Shown in pieces: positions 12,494-25,618 of a stretch of 64,000 nucleotides of DNA. Position 1 is the first letter of the stretch; each line of letters opens with the position of its first letter. The notes under the pieces were generated by a model that worked only from the letters and a program-made list of their open reading frames with translations, was not told the DNA's origin and ran no database searches. Origin of the DNA: Octopus bimaculoides (Eukaryota); NCBI RefSeq assembly GCF_001194135.2, contig NC_069003.1, positions 25,288,936 through 25,352,935 of the forward strand, written 5' to 3'. Position numbers and translations under genes: made by a program.

Positions 12494-13969
12494 ATGCCTA
12501 GCTGCATTACTCTCGCGCATGCAAAAATGTGATCATATGTAATGTACATACACACTTAACACATGTACAATTATGTTAATAGTCTTCACACCTGCAAAAC
12601 TGCAATTGCGCATAATCGCAATCAACACCTGCTTTTACGACTATTATGCTCTGAAAAGTGGTTGCCCGGGAGGGGGCGAGGTCTGTTTTTGTGTTGTTCT
12701 TTTTTAAACTGTTACGCATGGCTTTTGCAGACTCTGCTCTGCAAGGCTGTTGGGATGGCACACAGTTAACATTCTTGAACATTTGTTGCAAGGCGACAGC
12801 TGCAGGGAGGAATAACTAGTTGCAGCGCAGGGGAGAGGATGCCTGTGTAGGTGGTGAGAGGAAAGATGAGTGAGTGAAAGGTGCCTGGTTGTATGTGGCA
12901 CGAGACCAGCTGTAGCAGTTGGTAGTTGAGAAAGGAGATAACACACTGGAGGAAGGAGTCAAGTATGTTGGTAAACAACTTAATGCTAATTAGGCAAGCA
13001 GTCTTTATTTGGATATGGTCCAACGTTCCCTCTAATTCTTTTGTTTTGTGTGTGTGTGTGTGTGTGTAGAAATTTGCTTATGCTTGCTCTTTTACTTGTT
13101 TCAGTCATTTGACTGCAGCCATGCTGGAGCACTGCCTTGGAGGGTTTTAGTCGAACAAATCAACCCCAGCATTTAATTTTTTAACCCTAGTATTTATTCT
13201 ATCAATCTCTTTTACTGAACTGCTAGGTTATGGAGACATAAACACATCAACACCAGTTGTCAAGCAGTGATGGGGGAACACACATATACATAGATATACA
13301 TATCATCATCATCGTCGTTTAACGTCTGCTTTCCATGCTAGCATGGGTTGGACGATTTGACTGAGGACTGGTGAACCAGGAGGCGACACCAGGCTCCAAT
13401 CTGATTTGGCAGAGTTTCTACAGCTGGATGCCCTTCCTAACGCCAACCACTCCGAGTGGTTATATATNNNNNNNNNNNNNNNNNNNNNNNNNNNNNNNNN
13501 NNNNNNNNNNNNNNNNNNNNNNNNNNNNNNNNNNNNNNNNNNNNNNNNNNNNNNNNNNNNNNNNNNNNNNNNNNNNNNNNNNNNNNNNNNNNNNNNTCAT
13601 ACCACACACACACACAAGCATGCTCGTGTAAAATGAATATACATATATCTATAGACACACGCACACACATATACATACATATTCGAGCGAGGTTGTTGCC
13701 AGTGCCGCTGGACTGGCTCCTGTGCAGGTGGCACGTCAAATACACCATTTCGAGCGTGGCCGTTGCCAGTACCGCCTGACTGGCCCTCGTGCCGGTGGCA
13801 CGTAAAAGCACCCACTACACTCTCTGAGTGGTTGGCGTTAGGAAGGGCATCCAGCTGTAGAAACTCTGCCAAATCAGATTGGAGCCTGGTGTAGCCATCT
13901 GGTTTCACCAGTCCTCATTCAAATTGTCCAACCCATGCTAGCATGGAAAGAGGATGTTAAATGATGACA

Positions 13970-14086
<117 letters not shown>

Positions 14087-14369
14087 ACAGACTTCTTTCA
14101 GTTTCCGTCAACCAAACCCAGTCACAAGGCAAGAAGACATTTGTCCAAGGTGCCACATAATGGAACTGAACCTAGAACCATGTGGTTGGGAAGCAAGCTT
14201 CTTACCAATGCGCGAATTTTATTTTGCATATCTAAAAGAATAATCACCTTCATTTAAAAAAATTCAATTTCACCTTTAAAATTATTTGTGCACGTTTTTT
14301 ACTCCCATGCACTAGATGCAAAATGTGTGATGTCACCTAAGAAGTCTGTATGTGTGTATCTGTAATCTT

Positions 14370-14690
14370 GGCACGTGGCTTAGTGGTTAGAGCATTTGGC
14401 TCACAATCGTAAGGTCGTGAGTTCAATCCCCGGCAATGTGTTGTGTCCTTGAGTGAGACACTTTATTTCATGTTGCTCCAGTTCACTCAGCTGGCAAAAA
14501 TGAGTAGTACCTGTATTTCAAAGGGGCCAGTCTTGTTGCACCTTGTGTCACACTGAATCTTCCTGAGCACTACATTAAGGGTACACATATTTGCGGAATG
14601 CTCAGTCACTTGCACGTTAATTTCATGAGCAAGCTGTTCCGCTGATCGTATCAGCTGGGACCCTCACCGTCATAACCAATGTAGTGCTCC
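14370..14690 (+). mobile_element. tRNA-headed SINE sharing its 3' half with SINE family D
   Basis: Head TGGCTTAGTGG...GAGTTCAATCC; from about 14510 it aligns with the 3' half of 39891-40275. Confidence 0.75.
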
Positions 14691-14974
14691 TACTACATCT
14701 GTAGCCCAAGCTAAAGTATGCGATCTGTAGTTTATTGTGGGGTTTCAGTTCAGCTTTGTAGAGTATTTGGTAGCTAGTGTGGAGAGGGCCAAAGACATTT
14801 TTGATCTGAAGAAGGTGGCTAGCTTATGGCTGTTGCCAGTAGTGATTGCCACTGATGGTGAGGCCCAGAATTTATAGTGATATTGAGGGTTCTAGTTTGT
14901 TGTTGTTCATGTTCAGTGGATGACTATGATGTATAGTGATATCTTGTGAAGGCCAGAAATTTGTAAGTGTAAAA

Positions 14975-15375
14975 AAAACCAACCTCTTCGACTGTGATAA
15001 ACTTTTTACATGAATTGTTTGCAAGATTTGGCATCCCAGACAAGATAGTGTCTGACAATGGAATACAATTTGTGTCTACCGAATTTTAAAAGTTTTGTGA
15101 AATGTTCGTGGTAGAACATGTAACTACTGCACCATATCATTCCCAGATCTAATGGACAGGCAGAATGCTTTGTCGATACCTTCAAAAGAACCGTTAGAAA
15201 ATCAAATAAGGAAGTCATGGATGAAGTAGCTCTACAACAATTTTTAAGAGTATACTGTGTGACACCAAATCTGAACACACCAGCAGATAGCTCACCAGCA
15301 GAACTGATATTTGCAAGGAAAGTAAAATCAATCTTTGATAAATTGCTACCAGGCAAGAAAAGAAAAAGTGCTAGG
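14975..15375 (+). mobile_element. Ty3/Gypsy LTR retrotransposon integrase fragment (pseudogenic)
   Basis: FLHELFARFGIPDKIVSDNGIQFVSTEF*KFC...TTAPYH/(frameshift)RSNGQAECFVDTFKR...SPAELIFARKVKSIFDKLLP. Confidence 0.85.
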
Positions 15376-16411
15376 GAACTGCTAAGTGACGCGGGACATA
15401 ATAAACACACTAGCATCGGTTGTCAAGCAATGCTAGCAGGGACAAACACATACACACACACACACACATACATATATACGACGGGCTTCTTTCAGTTTCC
15501 GTCTACCAAATTCCACTCATAAGGCTATAGTAGAAGACACTTGCTCAAGATGCCACGCAGTGGGACTGAACCCAGAACCATGTGGTTGGTAAGCAAGCTA
15601 CTTACCACACAGCCACTCTTGCATTATGCAATTAATTTTTTTTTTTTTTTTTTGCTTTCCACAATGCAGCAGTGTAATCAAATCTTTCCATGGGTCTACC
15701 TTAAGTGGTATTTGAAAACATGCTAAAGAGAGAGTCGCGATGTTATTGCTCATCGTACTAGAAACAACAGCAAATCCCACCTCGAATTACCCTAACATCT
15801 TTAGAAAGATTAAAAGAATGACATGTTGGATATTGTAGACAGGGATATACAATACTGGAAAAAGTACTGTGATGGTCATGGCTAGAAGGCCTTCGTTCAT
15901 AGGTTTACTTGATCAGTACTGGTTTAATTCTACCACTAATCTTTCAGCTATGAAAGGAGTATGTCGAAGTAAGAAGAATTGTGCCCCTTAATTCAGAAGT
16001 ACAACAGGACAGCTTTAGCAAGTTTTATGTAGCACCTTTACTGTAGAAGTAAGAGTAAAGCCCATCTTGTGTCTTTACTATACAAATGTCTTAATTGTTG
16101 AAGCTGTATTAAATATAATGACTTGTTTGGAAGAAAGAAATTATTTTAAACCGGCCATATCCAGCCAGAATATTTTACAAGTTTTATGTTCAGATCGGTC
16201 AGATCTGGTCTCTCACACCAACTCTACAATACCATTCTAAAAATTAGTGGTTACCTCATCAAAATCTCAAAGCTACAAGACAATGTATACCTCATTCAAA
16301 ACTATGTGAATAAAGAAGCTTTACTTTTGACAGAATAATATGAATGATAAAAGGTTAATAAAACAAATTTGAAGAACATTTTCTAAAACTTTTTACTTTT
16401 TTTATTTTCAG

Positions 16412-17471
16412 GAAAGAATCGGTTGAATTACAAAACATAATGGTGTCTCTGGGCCGGCTGAAAGACAACTCCAATGTATATAAAGTCCTGCAAGAGGAAC
16501 TAATGGAATCTACAGTTCAAAGAGTATTTCCATGGTTACCAAAGAACAACACTTTGCCAAACTATTTCTTTCACCAGCAAACCAGAAAGTCTCCAGCCAG
16601 TTACCAACACAGCAATATCGTCTTTATGACAAATACTCATGACAGTAGCAATTCATTCTCAGATTGTCTTCATGACATAGCCACTGACCACTCGTTGCCC
16701 ATGTCTCCATTCATGTCCATTCGCAACCGGAGGGCATGGGAAGAGGCTGAGGGCAACGAGCGCATGCTCCATGACCGGATTAAGATCCACCATGGAAATT
16801 ATGCCTTTGGCATGTGCGAGAATCTCACCAGTTCATGCTCGTATTTTTTAATGCTCCAAGATCCAATAGAGCGAGCCATCTCGACCTACCATTACTGTAA
16901 GGATGCCATCAGAGATGAACTCTGCAGTGTAGTGAATGCCAACAAAGTTTCCGTCCATGATTGGGCAGTCCACCAAGGAAGTTTGTTCTTCCGTCAGTTA
17001 TTGTTCAAACCTGACTTTTGCGACATAGAAGTGAATAGTTCTCTCATAGCAGTCCAAAATATTAACAAGCTCCCCTGTTGGTACAAGCAAAAGCTTTATT
17101 TTGATTCCTTATCGAATGCTGATGTTACAGAAGCTCTCAACTATGTTGGAAAGCATCTTGACCAGTGGTTTTCAGTTGTGGGTCACGTCGATGACTACTC
17201 CGCCTCCGTCAAAATGTTTGAATATGTTTACCGGTTACCATTTTCTAAATGTTATGATTCCTCTCTGGCCTTCCAAGAAGAACCTAGCAATAATAACAGG
17301 GCATACACAGTAGATCAAAATGAAGAAACTTTAGACAAGCAAGAAGTGTTCCTTCTAAAACAAAGTGTCACTGTTCAAAAAGCTTTACATGCCGACTACA
17401 GAATTTATAATGAAGCCAAAAAGTTATACCAAATTCAAAGACAGGTTTTATTTAATCAAATAGGACATTAA
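16412..17471 (+). CDS. Large terminal coding exon, sulfotransferase-fold lumenal domain (HS2ST/UST/Gal3ST-like), possibly catalytically degenerate
   Basis: Acceptor tttattttcag at 16411 opens frame KESVELQNI into the 343-aa ORF. Contains NIVFM-TNTHDSSNS at the 5'-PSB position, YFLMLQDPIERAISTYHY (3'-PB-like R-D-P-x-x-R-x-x-S) and C-terminal ADYRIYNEAKKLY helix; stop TAA at 17469-17471. Confidence 0.85.
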
Positions 17472-19905
17472 TGAGATGTTTGATAACAATCTGATCATTG
17501 ATGAAACCAAGCAACAATTTGTATATAGACTGTATTGTGTATATAAAAATCAACAACTGTACATCTGTATAAAGTATTTAAAAAGATTTTACATTCTAAA
17601 ATATTTATTTGTTTAGAATTTTTTGAATATTTTGTGTTTTCTGTTTTTAATTAAATTCCCTTAAATTCTGTTCTTTTATTAACTTCCCCACTGCCTTTTA
17701 TCCATGTTCCTCTAAATTCTTGAAAAACCAATTCATCACTTTAAAAATCCTCAGGATCACTCTACTTTTAGGGTCTTGTCTGTGATAGGCAAGTTTTCTC
17801 AAAGCTAAAGTAATTCCATGAAATGGGGCAGTAGCAATTTGAGGATGATTCCAAGGTTCAAACTGAAATATTGGGTTTGTGTACTGCGTATAGGACAACA
17901 ATTGGTAAAGTCGTTAGAGCATCAGATAGAATGGTTTGTGGTACTTTTTCAACGGTTTGAGTTCAGATACCACTGAAACCAACGTTGTTAATCACCCCAC
18001 CACCACCACCACCACTACCACCATCCATACCAAAAAACAAAAACAAAAGGACAAGTAAAGTAGCAGTACAGAGCAGTGTATTAACAGGTTTGTTAGAGCA
18101 TTGGATCAGATGCCTTGTAGGATCTGTTCTGGCTCTCTTTACTCTTTTACTCTTTTACTTGTTTCAGTCATTTGACTGTGGCCATGCTGGAGCACCGCCT
18201 TTAGTCGAGCAAATCGACCCCAGTACTTATTCTTTGTAAGTCTACTACTTATTCTATCAGTCTGTTTTGCCGAACTGCTAAGTTACAGGGACGTAAACAC
18301 ACCAGCATCGGTTGTCAAGCGATGGTGGGGCGACAAACACAGACACACAAACACACATACATATATACGACGGGCTTCTTTCAGTTTCCGTCTACCAAAT
18401 CCACTCACAAGGCTTTGGTCGGCCCGAGGCTATAGTAGAAGACACTTGCCAAAGGTGCCACGCAGTGGGACTGAACCCGGAACCATGTGGTTGGTAAGCA
18501 AGCTACTTACAACACAGCCACTCCTGTGTGTAATTTCTTTTTTTTTTTTTTTTTTTTTTGTGGAATACAAGATATGAACTTGTTAGTATGCATTTTAAAC
18601 AATTTTAGGACGTTTGTTGCCTAAAATTTAGTTTCCAGTATCTCACTGCCTGACATACAAGAACATTGCACCTTCTTGTATGCCAGGCATTGCATCACTG
18701 TGTCTCTTCATATGCAAGATATGTTGCTATATTTAAGCTATATTCAGAATAGATGTATGACAGCAGGCTGGCAACTCTTGAGGTGTGTTGCTAAATAAGA
18801 TACAAAAGGATGATCAACAAAGATAAATGGAGGGTGCTTACGTGTATAGATATACTGTCTGCAGTAAAATTATTAAAGATATTCTGTTCAAGTAGTGCAT
18901 TTGTTTGTGTTGTATTCCAGTTCTAAGTGGAAATTACTTATTAAGAATGAGGAATTCTGCTGAAAGGTTAAAAATAAGGTGTGAGATTTTAATGTAAATG
19001 ATATGGATTTCTCACAAAAGCACAATAACTCGAATTTAAAGGAGAGGTCATCATCATCATTTAACATCCGTTTTCCATGCTGGCATGAGTTAGATGGTTT
19101 GACCAGAGCTGGTAAGTTTGAGAGCTTCGCTAGGCTCCAGCCATGTTTCAGTTTGGTCTCTATGGCTGGATGCCCTCCCTAATGCCAACCACTTTATAGA
19201 AGTGTACTAGATGCCCTTTTATATGTCATTGGCATGAGTACTCTTTTACGTATCATTGGCAGATGTGCCCCTATTGTGTTACTGGCACTGGCCACAACCA
19301 CAATTTTACCTAGCTTGATGTCTGTTAAGCACTGCAAATCACCAGGAATCTTGGTCACTTGCCATCACTTCCATGAGACTCAACAACCAAAGATCATAGA
19401 TCAACACCTCATCCCACGTCTTCCCGAGTCTACCTCTTCCACAGGTTTCCTCCACAAATAGAGATCAGCACTTGTTTACATAGAGTTGTTTATATCAACT
19501 TCTGTACATGACTGGTTCTTTATCAAATCTGGAAAGATAAAAGGCAAAATTGAACTTAACATCATAAGGGACTTTTTTTTTTTAGTATTTTGTCAGAGTT
19601 TCAAGGAAAGTGGGAGTAAGTTATCCTCATTGGAGACCTGGCCTAAATGCTTGCAACAGACTGAAGTCAACAGCACCCAGGGAGGAAATGAAGATGCTAA
19701 ACTTGACAGGGGAACTAATTCTGCCACCCAGCAACTCAGAATACACAAAAGAGTCACCAGATATTACAAGGTGTCACATCTAATGTGTTGACTATTCCAC
19801 CAATCTTCTACCCTTTTTCAACCTTGAAAGGCAAAGTTAACTTCAGTAAAATTTAGACTCTGAGCATAGGCAACTAGAACAAATACTGCTGATATGACTG
19901 ATTAA

Positions 19906-20128
19906 CCCTTTCGTTACTGTATTTTTTTTTTTGAGAAGCTCTCTATTTTTTTCAGTTACTTTAAATATAACAAAGAATTTAGTAAAATAACTTAGTTATC
20001 ATTAAGCTAGTGTTAGAAACCTAAATTGTGACTAAGGTTTGGTGGAAGATTTTAATTCAAAACTTATGAAAACAAGACATTTGTACTCAGAGCCAGAGCT
20101 GGTTTCAGCCAGGTTGGTAACGAAAGGG
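19906..20128. mobile_element. Second piggyBac-like MITE, 223 bp
   Basis: TTAA-CCCTTTCGTTAC...GTAACGAAAGGG-TTAA: perfect 12-bp TIR and TTAA TSD. Confidence 0.88.
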
Positions 20129-22089
20129 TTAAGGAGCTTGACAACTGGTGTTAGTGTGTTTACATCCCCATAACTTAGCAGTTTGGCAAAAAAGATCAAT
20201 AGAATAGGCTATAGGAAAAATAAGTTTTGAGGCCAATTCATTTGATTAAAAATTCTTCAAGGAGGTACCCCAGCATGGCCTTAACCAAATGGCTGAAACA
20301 AGTAAAAACAAAAACAAAAATATCCAGGATAATGTAGTCCTGATGAATGGCCAAGCTTAAACACAGCTTACATAGTTTAAACATTGTTTGCATAGTTCTG
20401 TTTAGTCAGGACTTATCAAAGATTATGTAAAGGATTAAGAGCTCTACTAGCTTAGCAATAAAAATGGCAACAATTTACTTTAGTCCATCAAATCAAGTTA
20501 GAGAAGTAACGAAATAAGGATATCATCATGCAAGTAAATGAAGGTAAAAAAAATGCCGTCCAACACAACTCTCAGATTATTGTTTTTCATGTTAGATTGT
20601 TGATGTTGTTTGTTCCTTCTCAAGCCATGCCTGGCTCTTAAGGGCCAGTTTCCCTGTTTCATTGGCATATAGGTTCCCCACTGGTCCATTGCAGGTGAGC
20701 TGCTAAATGCAGGAGGAAAGGGTGAGAGAAAGTCGTGGCAAAAGAGTCAGCAGAAGTTCACCATTACCTTCTGCCAGAGCCACGTGGAGCTTAGGTTCTT
20801 CGCTCATAAACACACACATCACCCGGTCTGAGATTTGAACTTGCAATCTCTTGACCGCGAGTCCACTGCTCTAACCACTAGGCCATGTGCCTCCACATCA
20901 TTTTCCCCACCAGCATGTGGGAAAACATTTTTTTTTTCTTTTTTCCTTTACTTGTTTCTTTAATTACACTGTGGCCATATTGGAGCACTGCTTTGAAGAA
21001 TTCTTAGTGAAGTGAAATGCCATCGGTACTTTTTTTCCCCTGTACTTGAAGCCTGACACTTATTCTATCAATTCCTTTTGCTGAACCACTAAGTTACAGG
21101 GACATACCCATAAACACACCAACACTGGTTGCCAAGCAGTAGTGGAGGACAGACACACACACACAGACATATATATGACAGACTTCTTTCAGTTTCTGTC
21201 TACCAAATCTATTCTCAAGGCTTTGGTCAGCCCAAGGCTCTAGTAGAAGGTACTTGCCCAAGGTGTCATGCAGTGGGACTGAACCCAGAACCATGTGGTT
21301 GTGAAGCAAGGTTTTTACCTCACAACCACAGCTGCACCGAAGTCTGCTTCATTGATGAGGTTACAATAATACTGGTACTTGTCTGGAGTTCTTAATGAAA
21401 ATAATCAAACAAATGTCAGTTATTGACTAATATTGAAATTTTTATTTCTTCACTTCAGTTATTTTCTTAACTTCTTAATCATTCTTGCGTTAAATGTATT
21501 AACACTAACTTACCATTCAATTAAAACAAGACGTTGTTAACAGTAACATTTACCTGTTTCTTTCAATACACATAATTCCTCAATGAGTGGGTTTTTATTA
21601 ACATGGAACCAACTAATAGAAATATATCGGTGCTACTTTGGCGTGTGATCTACAATTTAAAGGGGGATTACTTTAGGTTACTTTTTCAATTTCAAAGTTT
21701 TTTTATAAATTCCTTTATACATAGGTATTTTTCAAAAAATTTTACAATTTTAATAATAATAACCATATTTCATTGATATCTTAGTAAATGATAAGGCCCG
21801 AAATTTTGAGGGAGGAGGTAAGTCGATTACATTGACCCCAGTGTTTCACTGGTACTTAATTTATCGACCCCAAAAGGATGAAAGTCAAAGTCGACCCCAG
21901 CAGCATTTGAACTCAGAACACGAAGACAAACGAAATACCACTAAGCATTTCGTCAGGCGTGCTAACGATTATGCCAGCTCACTGCCTTTCTTATGTGTAA
22001 CAAATATTGATACTGAAAAATGCCTGAAAGGCAAAACGGTGTAAGAAATTTGAAAAACATGGATTTCTGAAATATTTATTTATTTATTT

Positions 22090-22153
22090 GGTACTACTAA
22101 AGCAGCGCGGACCCGAACGCGCAGTCGCGCGTCCGCGCTGCTTTAGTAGTACC
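22090..22153. mobile_element. 64-bp GC-rich hairpin mini-MITE with perfect 23-bp TIRs, Merlin-like termini
   Basis: GGTACTACTAAAGCAGCGCGGAC / GTCCGCGCTGCTTTAGTAGTACC; flanks tatttattt and tatttgttt. Confidence 0.75.
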
Positions 22154-24545
22154 TATTTGTTTATTCCGTGATTTACAAGTGTTTCAGAATGTTCGATATA
22201 ATAAAATGATGAGAAGTACCAAAAAAAATTCATTTTAATCATGACAGCTATTTCGATGTCATGATACACAAACAAGAAGCTTGAAAAACATGGATTTTAA
22301 AAAAAATAAATTTAATACGAATTATGCGTTTTAGAATGTAGGATATAATAAACTGACGAAAAATACCGAAAAACAAATTTCTTTTTAAACGTGACAGTTA
22401 TTCTGAGCTGGTAATATCATAAGGAATTGCCATAATAAAGTATATCCTTCCAAGTGGTAGTGGTATCAGTTACATATGGCTGCTATTTCTAGCACATCGA
22501 TGCTCTCTTGTCTGGCCACACGTTTTCGCGGGTGAAATGATATAGTAAACCATACTAGAAGGTTCTATCTTTAAGGTTGTCATCTTACCAGCATTCATTG
22601 CATTAGATAAATAACTAGAAATAAGAGTCACGTGGTTATTCTTTTCGTGTTGTGCTGGCAATAACCAGTTCGTGAAACAATTAAAATTATGATGGCCTGG
22701 CGGTTTAATCAGAATCAAGCAATACTTCCAGCTGCTGACTACGAGGAAACTAATAATGCTCCGTAAGTTACTTCCCCTTTACCATTGTAAACATCACATA
22801 CACATGCATACATTTTATTCACACACACACACATATACTCTTTACTCTTTTACTTGTTTCAGTCCTTTGGCTGCAGCCGTGCTGGAGCACCGCCTTTAGT
22901 CGAGAAAATCGACCCCGGGACTTATTCTTTGTAAGCCTAGTACTTATTCTATCGGTCTCTTTTTGCCGAACCGCTAAGTTACGGGGACGTAAACACACCA
23001 GCATCAGTTGTCAAGCGATGGTGGGGCGACAATAACACATACATATATATATATGGTAATCATCAAGTTTAGGGGAATAAAAAAAAATTTAAAAAAATAT
23101 TCAAGGGAAGTAACTGAACGTCTTACCAGTATTCTCCGTACATCTCTGTTTATAAATAAATCACACACNNNNNNNNNNNNNNNNNNNNNNNNNNNNNNNN
23201 NNNNNNNNNNNNNNNNNNNNNNNNNNNNNNNNNNNNNNNNNNNNNNNNNNNNNNNNNNNNNNNNNNNNNNNNNNNNNNNNNNNNNNNNNNNNNNNNNNNN
23301 NNNNNNNNTATATATAAATATATATATAGGATCTTTCTGATTTGACGGGCAACACTTGTTTTCTTAACGAAACACTTTCAAACTTGGGATACTGGTAGAA
23401 TGTATCATATAAAACATCTTTTTCTCTTAGCTTTCTTAACAAAAATTTATATATTGCAAGTTATTTCATGTTAAAGTTGTATTTCTGTAATTTCAACCAA
23501 TCACTGTCGTCTATATATATATATATATACACACACACATATACGACAGGCTTCTTTCAGTTTCTGTCTACCAAATCCACTCACAAGGCTTTGGTCGGCC
23601 CGAGGCTATAGTAGAAGACACTTGCCCAAGGTGCCACGCAGTGGGACTGAACCCGGAACCATGTGGTGTCCACAAAGTCTGGGTACATAAGGATTAATAT
23701 ATACTTTAAGATCGCCGAAATAGTAATTGCGATCTTTCGATACTAATCCTTTTTCTGTCATCTCTTTATTTACATCAATTCGGCAGTCTCCGTAAAAAAA
23801 TGTTTTGTTAGGCAAGTGGGAAAGGACGCGAAAGAGATAGATCGCCCCCTGGATATATATAAACATGAATTTTAATATATATATTACACACAAGACGGAG
23901 AGCTGACAGGATCATTACCACGCTCAGCAGGATTTCGTTCCTCTTTATGTTGAGTTCAAATTTCGCCGAGATCGAGTTTACTTTTCATCTTTTCGGGATC
24001 GATAAAAGAAGTACCAGTTGAGTATAGGGGACAATGTAATCAACTTAATCCCTCCCCGGAATTTCTAGCATTGTGCCAAAATTTTAAACCAACGTGTGGG
24101 GGGTGGATAAGGTTCCTAGTTTTAAGGGTGTCGCGTAAAGCTTGGTTGGAGGCCCAACGTTCCAAGATCTTTTACAAGGCTTAGAAAAACTGAAGGGTCG
24201 CTGCAATAAGTGTGTGAATCTGAGAGCAGAATATGTTTAATAAAATCATAATGAACTGATCCTCCTGTATTCTTTTTTACCCAAAGCCAAGAATTTTTCA
24301 GCCCCCACCCCCTTACAGACCTCGTATATATTATACACACAGGAGCCAACGAGAGGTAGAGCTACATCGAGCAGGAGTTATTAAACTTTCTTACAATTCT
24401 TGACCTACAAGAGGTTGCTTAATATCTTCCATAGCCCCATTGTTCCTTTTGAATGACTTCGGAAGATGCCAATAGGCTTGATTTCTTCTTGGAAAAGAAC
24501 GAGAAGGAAAATCATGAAAGATTTTATTATATTAATATAAAGAAA

Positions 24546-25524
24546 GGATCTTTGTGATTTGACGGGCAACACTTGTTTTCTTAACGAAACACTTTCAAAC
24601 TTGGGACACTGGTAGAATGTGTCATACAAAACAACTTTTTCTCTTAGCCTTCTTAACAAAAAATTATACATCGCAAGTTATTTCATGTTAAAGTTGTCGT
24701 ATTTCTGTAATTTCAACCAATCACTGACGTCTATTCAGCTGAATACAGTCAGTGCTTGCCGGTCATAAAAATGTTATTCCCTGTGACATTTCATCCGGTT
24801 TAATCGTAATTTATACGCATATATTGTTTATATAATAAATTACGCTGTGCGTATCTGTGTGTATATTTTTCCCATAACNNNNNNNNNNNNNNNNNNNNNN
24901 NNNNNNNNNNNNNNNNNNNNNNNNNNNNNNNNNNNNNNNNNNNNNNNNNNNNNNNNNNNNNNNNNNNNNNNNNNNNNNNNNNNNNNNNNNNNNNNNNNNN
25001 NNNNNNNNNNNNNNNNNNNNNNNNNNNNNNNNNNNNNNNNNNNNNNNNNNNNNNNNNNNNNNNNNNNNNNNNNNNNNNNNNNNNNNNNNNNNNNNNNNNN
25101 NNNNNNNNNNNNNNNNNNNNNNNNNNNNNNNNNNNNNNNNNNNNNNNNNNNNNNNNNNNNNNNNNNNNNNNNNNNNNNNNNNNNNNNNNNNNNNNNNNNN
25201 NNNNNNNNNNNNNNNNNNNNNNNNNNNNNNNNNNNNNNNNNNNNNNNNNNNNNNNNNNNNNNNNNNNNNNNNNNNNNNNNNNGTCAGAACTAACGGGGAT
25301 TAATACCATATACACCGTCACAGCACTGACTGTATTCAACTGAATAGACGTCAGTGATTAGTTGAAATTATCGAAATAAGACAACTTTTAACGTGAAATA
25401 ACTTCGAATACAAAATTTATTATCTGTTCTATACCACAAAATATACAAGTATACGAAGTTTGAAAGTGTTTCGGTACCAAAAACACTACATAAAAAAATG
25501 TTGACCGTCAAATCACAAAGGTCC
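24546..25524. mobile_element. GGATC-ended fold-back MITE, subfamily 1 (contains N-gap 24878-25281)
   Basis: Left end GGATCTTTGTGATTTGACGGGCAA; right end TTGACCGTCAAATCACAAAGGTCC; internal inverted block AATTTCAACCAATCACTGACGTCTATTCAGCTGAATA. Left half of another copy at 23329-23512; inverted left arm at 25525-25618. Confidence 0.75.
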
Positions 25525-25618
25525 AAAATATGTTTTATATGACACATTCTACCAGTATCCCAAGTTTGAAAATGTTTCGTTAAGAAAACAAGTGTTGCCC
25601 GTCAATTCAGAAAGATCC

